From contig NC_068990.1 of NCBI RefSeq assembly GCF_001194135.2, forward strand, positions 38,119,318-38,183,317: a DNA stretch of 64,000 nucleotides, in the 5' to 3' direction. A model generated the notes under the pieces. The model did not search any database. It was not told the origin of the DNA and saw nothing but the letters and a program-made list of their open reading frames with translations. This DNA is from Octopus bimaculoides. Taxonomy: Eukaryota. Positions 53,679-64,000 of this stretch are shown here, one piece after another (positions within the stretch are counted from its first letter, which is position 1; the number at the start of each line of letters is the position of its first letter). The translations under genes and the position numbers were made by a program.

Positions 53679-54106
53679 GCCGTGAAAACGACAGAAAGAA
53701 TGAGCGTTTTACCCTTATATGATGGAAAACGTTGCCTGAACTCGAACCGACACCTCTGAGCACTCAACCAATTAAGTTAAACTGCCTGCTGACAATTTCC
53801 GGCAAATTAAACGCCAAATACGTAGTTTCATTGGAAACGTAACAAAATATGTAAACTAACTGTTTTTGTATATTTAGAAGCGTCGAATGTGTATGATATT
53901 GGTAAAGTGGGAGTGCGGGCTCGAGTCCCTTGGCTGTCTGCTGGCAAATTTTTTGCCGTCATATAAAGGTAAAATACTTAATCTTTCTGTTGTTTTCACG
54001 GCATTCGAAATAAACTGCGTTCAAAATGTTACTTTCTTGTCTATATGATACGATACACATTCGACGCTTCCAAAAACAAAACCCAAAAGTTTGTTTACAT
54101 ATGTTG
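53679..54106. repeat. Nested inverted repeats with two divergent tRNA-like (A/B-box) heads
   Basis: IR1 pairs 53679-53729 with 53951-54002; IR2 pairs 53843-53894 with 54053-54106 (18-nt perfect core gaagcgtcgaatgtgtat). B-box-like ggttcgagttc on minus (53738-53748) and gggctcgagtccc on plus (53917-53929). Confidence 0.7.
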
Positions 54107-54118
54107 TTGCATATATAT

Positions 54119-54968
54119 NNNNNNNNNNNNNNNNNNNNNNNNNNNNNNNNNNNNNNNNNNNNNNNNNNNNNNNNNNNNNNNNNNNNNNNNNNNNNNNNNN
54201 NNNNNNNNNNNNNNNNNNNNNNNNNNNNNNNNNNNNNNNNNNNNNNNNNNNNNNNNNNNNNNNNNNNNNNNNNNNNNNNNNNNNNNNNNNNNNNNNNNNN
54301 NNNNNNNNNNNNNNNNNNNNNNNNNNNNNNNNNNNNNNNNNNNNNNNNNNNNNNNNNNNNNNNNNNNNNNNNNNNNNNNNNNNNNNNNNNNNNNNNNNNN
54401 NNNNNNNNNNNNNNNNNNNNNNNNNNNNNNNNNNNNNNNNNNNNNNNNNNNNNNNNNNNNNNNNNNNNNNNNNNNNNNNNNNNNNNNNNNNNNNNNNNNN
54501 NNNNNNNNNNNNNNNNNNNNNNNNNNNNNNNNNNNNNNNNNNNNNNNNNNNNNNNNNNNNNNNNNNNNNNNNNNNNNNNNNNNNNNNNNNNNNNNNNNNN
54601 NNNNNNNNNNNNNNNNNNNNNNNNNNNNNNNNNNNNNNNNNNNNNNNNNNNNNNNNNNNNNNNNNNNNNNNNNNNNNNNNNNNNNNNNNNNNNNNNNNNN
54701 NNNNNNNNNNNNNNNNNNNNNNNNNNNNNNNNNNNNNNNNNNNNNNNNNNNNNNNNNNNNNNNNNNNNNNNNNNNNNNNNNNNNNNNNNNNNNNNNNNNN
54801 NNNNNNNNNNNNNNNNNNNNNNNNNNNNNNNNNNNNNNNNNNNNNNNNNNNNNNNNNNNNNNNNNNNNNNNNNNNNNNNNNNNNNNNNNNNNNNNNNNNN
54901 NNNNNNNNNNNNNNNNNNNNNNNNNNNNNNNNNNNNNNNNNNNNNNNNNNNNNNNNNNNNNNNNNNNN
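54119..54968. other. Largest assembly gap (N-run)
   Basis: Read directly. Other gaps begin near 506, 4474, 6088, 7184, 7752, 10303, 11530, 25951, 31112, 32816, 45457, 56212, 58856 and 60058; most are flanked by (TA)n. Confidence 0.99.
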
Positions 54969-55043
54969 ATATATATACATTCATATATGTGTGTGTGCGT
55001 GTGTGTATATATGTATATATAATACACACACATATATACATAT

Positions 55044-55088
<45 letters not shown>

Positions 55089-56278
55089 TTATTTATTTAC
55101 TAATTTATTTATATATGCATACTTATACACACACACACATATATATACGCATATGCAAATAGACCGATAAATGACGACTGTAGTAACATTGGTCATAAAT
55201 TCTTACACTCATCGCTAATCTGTGCAAGAGAAGAAATTATACGAAGAACGCGAATAACTGCCTGGGGCAACAACCATCGATGCTCAAATCTCACTCTACG
55301 TTTGACAGAGAAAGAAAACCTACATTAGATAATGCAGTATGAGATTCATTATATCCGAAAGAAATGCAGATGCTCCGTGCAAGATCAGCATAGCTCAGCT
55401 CGATTAGAGAAAACTCAGGGTTAAACACATTAAACAACAATCTAACTGTGAACATGTATTGCATTGTGGTAAACAATGCACTACTGCAAACGGCGTTAAC
55501 AATAATGTAGCAATCGTATATATCATATTAACTTGCAATTGAGATGGAGAAATCAGACAGAATTAAAGTCAATTTGAAATCAGATTTTGTATAAAAAGAC
55601 ATCATTAAATAGCAGAATTAGCACTATATAGAGTTAATCGAAATTCTAAGGTGCCAAAATTGGGAAAAGAAAACACAAAAACAATACTGAACAAAACGTG
55701 TCAGTCACAATACCGTAATGGAGTCCGTTATTAATTCACAAGGTGTAAAAATTCATTTGTGATTGGGAGAGGTTATCTCTCATACTCCACATTTAATTTG
55801 ATAATACAGTGAAAGGTATCAGCGATTCATTTGATATCTAAGTCATAGCATGTGATAAAATCTATGAATATTTCGTAATATTACATGAAAGCGAAAAATT
55901 CAAAATTACAATTCTCAATTATCGTCTGCATTTTATATTATTAATATTATATTTAGATACTTATCACGATATACTATTTAGCTTCTCTCACTCTATATGT
56001 CAAAACATACTTACAAACAAATAGACTCACGCATATCTACATACGTACATACAAATATATGCACACACATATACGTACACACTCACACATATATACATAT
56101 ATATTATGTATGTATATGTAATATGAATGTATTATGCATGTACGTATATATGTATGCGTGCATTTCAATTATATATATATAAAGAGAGAGACTGATATAT
56201 ATATATATATANNNNNNNNNNNNNNNNNNNNNNNNNNNNNNNNNNNNNNNNNNNNNNNNNNNNNNNNTATATATACGC

Positions 56279-56321
<43 letters not shown>

Positions 56322-57171
56322 GATAGATATGTGTATGTATATATAAATACACACATGCATATATGAATTCCATAACATACTACCACATTACACGGTGCTT
56401 GTGAATCGCACTAACACCATAGAGCAGGAAAGACGACAGTAAGAAAGCCATTGACCTCAGATCAGAAAACAAGCTATACATTGCATGATGTCATATCAAG
56501 AAATAAGCGCGTAGACCAATACCCACTCAGGTTATCCAGAAAATCCTGAGAACAAACGTAGTTTTACAGTTTGAATTGGTAAAGAAATTATACGTGAGTA
56601 GGCGGAAAGAAAAGTGCGATCGCACATTTGAAGGGAAGCATTCCAAGTATCAGAATCTTTTACAGGATTACAGGGAGAATTATAGCAAGCGTGGCTATTC
56701 TCAGCAGAAGATGTCTATAGATGATTCCTTCCCAAGCCAGAATATAGAATGTTTTCAGCTTTTGGAATAAGAAGAGAGGGAAAGATAGGTGTGTGTATGA
56801 TAGGAGAGGTAGTAGAAACCCTTCTTGTCTGTTATGGAGCAAGATAGAAGTGTTACCTTTAAATCCGGTAGGAGACGATAAATGATTTGGCCACTACTGT
56901 TGATAATCTCAGGAGTGAGTATTATGGTTCAGTCTCGGAAAACTCAATTATCGTTGTAGTCCGTTTGATAACATCCATTCTTTCAACAAATGTGAACAAT
57001 AAATTATCTCTTAGATGCAATCAATATTTTATATGTATACACAAACACACACACACTCTCTCTCTCACACACACATACACACACACTCAAGCACACACAC
57101 ATATGCACACACATGTATATATGTAAATAAATATATATATCATATCATATTACATATACATACATATATGG

Positions 57172-57213
<42 letters not shown>

Positions 57214-58329
57214 GGCCGATGTCGCTTGAGAATATCTTAGCTAAAGTTAGTCCCTCTACAGGCGGCTGTTCCGCATATCTTTTATTTAATAGTGTGGACG
57301 TTTACAATAAGAGAGCATGCCAATTGTTTTAGTTTTTCATTTAGTTTTGGTAGTGGTCATTTTCCCACATATCCAAGTCACTTTGGTGTTGTTCAAGGAT
57401 GAAGATGTGTTACCTACACCAATTATACATTTTTCCGTTACGTTTCGTTATACATACTAAACAAATTATATATATCACTATTTACGCCATATTAAAGGTA
57501 TATTCTGTACAAAGTTGCCGTCAACACATAATGAAAACATTTTGCCAGATACGTGAGTTTCCAGAACATATACCTGAAACCTATGACAAAATAGTTGCCT
57601 GTAACACCAACTAAAAAACTTACTACGTGCAAGTGTTTCATTAATGTCTTTTATGCAGTGAACAATACACAACTATTGACGAAGTTTCATATTTAACTTG
57701 CATGGCTGATACTGAGGTCTAGATTTTTGATGCAGTATTCAGGCAAATATCACTCCACGGAAGAAATATTGAATGCTATCAAATCTCAAATATGACACAG
57801 GTTGAAGAACTGGAAATATATTCTAGACAGTGTTGTTACTAAGCACACAAACATTATTAAGCACATTTATTTAAGATCTATTCATATGGTCAAGTACTCG
57901 ATATTCTAACATTCCCTGCAGTTAATAGGTCATAACTACATTCACTCCTATAAAACAGCAAATTCCATAATGTATTCTACACAGTCCACCTAATATTTTG
58001 CTTTACACCTCATATCTGTGACTTTCTCACGGAGTTGATTAATCATTCTCCTCTACATTTTACATAAAGGAAACAAGGCAATAGCGTTGTCTGTATAGTG
58101 GCTCAATCTGTTAGGGAAATCAGTTAAAACACACTCTTTCAAAGCATGTCTTGTAATGCCTTAAAGAAAAAAAAAGACACATTGTAAAATGTGTTCTTAG
58201 ATACACTGAAATAGGCCAGTTTAATTTTGTCATCTGTTACTCTAAAATAAATCAATATTCAAATGAATTATCTAAGAAAAACTCATTTTTGAAATTTTTA
58301 TTCTTGAGATCCATCAAGACATTTTAAAC

Positions 58330-58560
58330 ACAACATTGACAGCTTACAAAACATCGATTAAGTATACAGAACTTGCCTGCCTAAATCCACTCCATGATGA
58401 TTCATTTGTAGCGGGAGGGAATAAATATATATTCTCTCAGATGAAGGGTCATTCTCGAAACGTCTGGTTCCTTTTCTCTTCACCCTACATTATCCAAACT
58501 TATGATCATCAGTTTATATTCTTTGCTGATACAAAGGCTACCAACTTTCGATGAGACATT
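58330..58560 (+). mobile_element. Penelope-like terminal fragment with mutated hammerhead core (58438-58464)
   Basis: cagatga-a-ggg-tcatt-ctc-GAAAC-GTC: U4 has changed to A, the other core positions are retained. Confidence 0.45.
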
Positions 58561-58790
58561 TTTTAAGGGTTGTATGTTTTGCCTAGGCCGTTAATATTTT
58601 CGGCCTTTGCTGATCCGGTTTTTGATCGACATTATTATACTCATACATATATGTATTCATACAAACACACATATATATACACACATGCATGCATATACAT
58701 ATACATATACATATAAATGTGTGTGTATAGGTGTGTTAGGTACTGCAAATCTGTACAGTCAGGAGCAACTACAGTATGTATACGACTGTG

Positions 58791-58821
<31 letters not shown>

Positions 58822-59350
58822 GTATGTATATATTTATATATACATGTATATATATNNNNNNNNNNNNNNNNNNNNNNNNNNNNNNNNNNNNNNNNNNNNN
58901 NNNNNNNNNNNNNNNNNNNNNNNNNNNNNNNNNNNNNNNNNNNNNNNNNNNNNNNNNNNNNNNNNNNNNNNNNNNNNNNNNNNNNNNNNNNNNNNNNNNN
59001 NNNNNNNNNNNNNNNNNNNNNNNNNNNNNNNNNNNNNNNNNNNNNNNNNNNNNNNNNNNNNNNNNNNNNNNNNNNNNNNNNNNTATAACTATAACTACAG
59101 GTCATGTCTATCTAATCAGCAAATAGTGTCTGTCATCATTTAATACAACAATCTCACCAGTTTATTCATCATCAAATACATTTGTAATATTCAAACAATT
59201 ACAAATCTCTTGCATCCAATATAATCTTGTCATCCAATATACAACACATACACACACATATACATACATAAACATATGTGTGTGTGTAACAGATTTTATT
59301 ATTTTCTCTTATTGTACTTCCCTATGGGATGTTATTTTCCGTGTTTTTTG

Positions 59351-59384
<34 letters not shown>

Positions 59385-60361
59385 AAATTTAGCATTTTGG
59401 CAATAAATTTTCATTTTTATTAACAAAGCAATATCATTGATAATAATCTGACTCAGACGTTTCTCAAACAGCACCATTGCAGGAACTGAAACAAATGGAA
59501 GCAAACACTTGACTAATATCAAATAATTTCATGCTTCTTTGGCACTAGCAGACAAAATAATGAAACAATTTATTATAAGTTTTAATATTTGGAATTTAGG
59601 AGATTGACACTACAGTCAAATATATACATAAACATTTTTCCTTGTAGATTTTTCTTTTTCGTATTGTTTTTTTTTCTGGCTCGTCCTTATGTTTTGTTGT
59701 TCTGCCAACAAATGGAAAATTCATTCTATAAAAGCCACATTATGGCACGCACCTTAAACGCTCTAAATATCAAAATATTTGCAGATTAATGGAGGCACGA
59801 TAAATGTGCAGAAACACATACATGTATCCACACAAAACTGCATACGTATACACACAAATATACATAAATGGATCATAATTCATACAGGAATTGCACATAA
59901 GTAATACTGAAATTACTTACACATATGCATATATTTATACATTCATATATACGTTTATATGTATCTACCTATCTATGCATGTATGTATGTATGCATGTGT
60001 GCATGTTTGTATAAGTAAATATAGTGGACAGATATATATATATATATATACATATANNNNNNNNNNNNNNNNNNNNNNNNNNNNNNNNNNNNNNNNNNNN
60101 NNNNNNNNNNNNNNNNNNNNNNNNNNNNNNNNNNNNNNNNNNNNNNNNNNNNNNNNNNNNNNNNNNNNNNNNNNNNNNNNNNNNNNNNNNNNNNNNNNNN
60201 NNNNNNNNNNNNNNNNNNNNNNNNNNNNNNNNNNNNNNNNNNNNNNNNNNNNNNNNNNNNNNNNNNNNNNNNNNNNNNNNNNNNNNNNNNNNNNNNNNNN
60301 NNNNNNNNNNNNNNNNNNNNNNNNNNNNNNNNNNNNNNNNTATATATATATATATATGCAT

Positions 60362-60460
60362 ATGTTCTTTCCTTTTCTGAGCGTCCAATAACGCTGTACT
60401 TATTCCACGTCCTCGAGTTGTTGTTTTTTCTTGCTTGTTCATGTTTGGATTTACTATATA
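60362..60460 (+). mobile_element. 3' tail of the hammerhead-bearing repeat family (5' part lost in a gap)
   Basis: ctgagcgtccaataacgctgtacttattccacgtcctcgagttgttg resembles the sequence downstream of the hammerhead cores at 3.9 kb and 16.7 kb. Confidence 0.45.
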
Positions 60461-61936
60461 TATGTATATGTATATGTATATGAAATCAGACACGAAGACA
60501 CGATGCATGAGAAGAGTATATATATTGGAATAGATGTAGATATGTAACGTTAATGTATTTGTGGTTGAAATATAGGGCTTGGAGTTAAAAACTGAAATAC
60601 CAATTTCCTGCACTTTTTTCTAATAATTGATTCCTGCATGCATTGCTGGCTGTTTTTAGAGATATCCTATGATTCCAAACAACCTTGGTTTTAGCTTCAT
60701 TAGCTATCTACAACATAGATCTTTGTGACACTCATTAGAGCCATGAAGAGCTTTTTTGTTGTCGTTCTTCAGTCCGAGGCCAAATTACATAAATCTGAAA
60801 TATTATTAAAATATTTCAACTTTTCTGGCTTCAAGTTTCATGTAAGTTTACTTTATCTAATATATCCTTCTTTTACCCAAGAATATTGACCTTGTGTTAT
60901 GGCAGATTTGGCGGGTATATCATAGGAGTCGAATTTCTATATAGACGATTCTTCCTTTGCACGTTAACATGAAATTGTCTGGAGTTCAAAACTCAGCGGT
61001 GCTTTCAATCGTCAGTATAGAAGTTAAAATATTCGGCACAATTGTAAAAAAAATGTATTGAATCGTGTAAATTACAGTCCAGCTGCGTTCGTTAAAAATT
61101 ATGAAAATTTAAAACAGCGCTTCAAACACCCGGTGCAGGATGCTTAAAACAACAGGTGTATGTATACGTGAACTTGACTCCTAGTCTAATAACAGCTACA
61201 ACAGAACACGTCACTTATTCATAGAAGTACTACAGTGAATGTATGATTAATTGTAAGTTGAAAAATGAAGGCTTTGGATGGGCAAACGTGTTTGCAATTT
61301 GGAAAAAAACATATTACGTAAAAGACATATACTGTAGCTAAGTTTTCTAACTTAGGTACAGTATTTTTGGAAGGATTGTTTGTCTCACGTGAAATAAAAT
61401 GATTGTTACCAGCATCTCAAATAAAAGATAAAAGCCAGCAAAGATGATTCTATGTATGGATAATATTTCACGACAGAGGACGACGATTTTATTAAAATTT
61501 ACTTGCTGTAATTCCTGAAAACGGTCAACTGACTCTCCACGGATTTTGTGAACGGGTAGACTCCATTAAATTTTGTACCACATGATTTGAAAAGAAGATT
61601 TGAAGATTGATCAGGTTGTTAAAATATTTGTACTGCATTTACTAACATAGAAGCAAAATAAAAAAAATTAAAACTGTAGAAGACCAGAGTCACAGCTAGT
61701 CAGAAGTTTAATCGTTTGAGTGCTATTGAAATTTTTATTTATGAGAATCTCATACAGGTGGCGAAGTGTAGGGGGTACAACTACGATGCGGGAAGAAGGC
61801 AGAGCGTCAAAATAAAGACTATTGGGTAAACTCCATGCACTTCAATTTTTACCAACTATAACTGAGAGAAATTAATCTCATACATAATTTTCTTATTCGT
61901 AAAAAAATATTCAAGGTAGTAGTTGTTTCAATAAAA

Positions 61937-62350
61937 TCTTTTACTCTTTCACATGTTTGAGTTATTTTGACTGCGGCCATGCTGGATCACCGCTTTTTAG
62001 TCGAGCAAATCGAGCCCAGGACTTATTCTTTGTAAGCGTAGTACTTATTCTATCGGTCTCTTTTGCCGAACCGCTACGTTACGTGGACGTAAACACACCA
62101 GCATCGGTTGACAAGCGATGTTGGGGGGACAAACACAGACACACAAGCATATCCACACACATACATATATATATATACATATATATACGACAGGCTTCTT
62201 TCAGTTTCCGTCTACCATATCCACTCACAAGGCTTTGGTCGGCCCGAGGCTATAGTAGAAGACACTTGCCCAAGGTGCCACGCAGTGGGAATGATCCCGA
62301 AACCATGTGGTTGGTAAGCAAGCTACTTACCACACTGCCACTCCTGCGCC
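61937..62350 (-). mobile_element. Full-length octopus-type tRNA-derived SINE (OR1/OR2-like)
   Basis: The minus strand starts ggcgcaggagtggcagtgtggtaagtagcttgcttaccaaccacatgg, followed by central accttgggcaagtgtcttctactatagc, an internal microsatellite, and a ...ccagcatggccgcagtcaaaa...aaagagtaaaaga tail. Confidence 0.92.
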
Positions 62351-62869
62351 ATTTGGTAATTTGACAATAGTTTTTGGTTCTAATTTTAAAATGGTCGAGT
62401 TTAAAATTAATATATTTCTGTTATATCATGGCTTTAATCATATATAACCCATCAAATAACATTTGGAATATCTATAGAGCGTGGATCCAGACAGCTTGCT
62501 AACCTGTCTTATGAGTTTGCGTAACAGATGTTCGTTATTAGCAAGTTTCAGTTTGTTAAAAAAAAAAAGAAAATAGTAATAAATAACGGGAAAAAAAAGC
62601 TTCACATCAATAGCAATACCAAATAATAAACATAACGGGGAAAATGTCTATGATTTCTTTACTGATAGTATATTAAAGTACAATTTATAAATACTTTTCT
62701 ATAGAGTTCAATATTAAATGAATATATGCTTTCTTTACCCTCACTTTTGCTTGTTTTTTGTTTCAGAGTGTTGATAGTGTTAATGTCGCTAGAGGCGTCC
62801 AGAGATAATTCTATATTTAATATAAATTATAAGTTTGTATAATAAAAGTCATGAAGATAACATTTTACT

Positions 62870-62894
62870 AAATAATAATAATAATAATAATAAT

Positions 62895-62992
<98 letters not shown>
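62870..62992. repeat. (AAT)n(AAC)n(AAT)n array
   Basis: Read directly; source of the poly-N/L/C/Y pseudo-ORFs. Confidence 0.95.
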
Positions 62993-62993
<1 letters not shown>

Positions 62994-63797
62994 CTAGACA
63001 AATTCCGCTCGAAAGGGAAAAAACGTGATGCAATACATAAGCTAGTCTCTTCCGATTTCTCTGCATATATGGTTAGATACATACATACGTACATACATAC
63101 ATACATACATACATACATACATACATACACACAAACACATACATAAACAGGCGTGCACAAACCTATAGTCAAATAATTCTGTATAGATTTCTATACAACA
63201 TAAATATGGATGTACGTAGGTGTAGGTATGTGTGTGTGTGTGTGTGTGTGTTTGTGTGTGTGTGTGAGTACGTACGTGTGCATCTGCGTGCATATGTATA
63301 TACTGAACATTTACGAAGAGTATGTGGTATAAATATGTGCGTATATATATTTGTGCGCGTGTTCCTGTTGTGTGTGTATGTATGTATGTATGTATGTATG
63401 TACGTATGTATATAAGCATCTATGTATGTATAGATATGCCTATATGGATTGATGATTTTCCGACGGTTTTGATGATGAGGTTTCAGTTGTTTCACCAACC
63501 AAATTTGCTGTTAAGGTTATACCGAGTTTCCATTAAAGATGTGTGCTCAAAATGTAATACTGAACGAGGCATAATCTGGGACAAAATTGTACGACTGTAA
63601 CTGTAAGAATAACCCAGCTGACACAGCGGAATGTACAGGTAATTTGAAAGGTAGACTACAGCTCAATATGGAAGAATACGTAAGAACTTCGCTTCACAAA
63701 CACAAAATCCCGTGTTCGATTTTACTGGGCAGTATCTTGCGTCCATAGTTTCAGGTTGGTTTATTCCTTGTGAGTTAAACACGATAGGTAGAAAGAA

Positions 63798-63900
<103 letters not shown>

Positions 63901-64000
63901 GTCTCTATCCATGTATCTATCTGTCTATACGTATATGTATGTACATATTTATACATACATACATACATACATACATACGCACAGACACACACACACATAT

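Noticed and set aside
61270-61620. Possible pogo/Tigger DDE remnant (LCMDN, LAVIPENG)
   Set aside because: Only two short weak motifs; no QPLD motif and no TIRs found.

Overview
AT-rich eukaryotic genomic DNA from a gapped draft assembly (about 15 N-runs, most flanked by (TA)n). It is most likely an octopus or other cephalopod, inferred from octopus-type tRNA-derived SINEs and the very dense TA/CA/TATG/TATC microsatellites. No host protein-coding gene can be called with confidence, and most long ORFs in the supplied track are artefacts of N-gaps or simple repeats. The window is mainly decayed transposons: two Tc1 copies, three mariner derivatives (one a fold-back form), two MITEs with clear TIRs and TSDs, Helitron helicase fragments, restriction-like-endonuclease non-LTR elements (a 1.8 kb HERO-type copy and an R4/Dong-like 3' end), RTE and CR1-like LINE pieces, three Penelope-like ORF fragments from apparently different clades, and many SINE copies. 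The most notable non-routine observations are: (1) a minimal hammerhead ribozyme core at ~16.78 kb with decayed relatives; (2) a duplicated ~220 bp unit at 30.0 and 32.0 kb whose exon-like core, bounded by minus-strand AG/GT sites, is unchanged while its flank has diverged; (3) a CpG-rich promoter-like region at 42.5-43.1 kb; (4) two divergent tRNA-like heads inside nested inverted repeats at 53.7-54.1 kb. All protein assignments come from manual translation and recalled family motifs; no database search was run.
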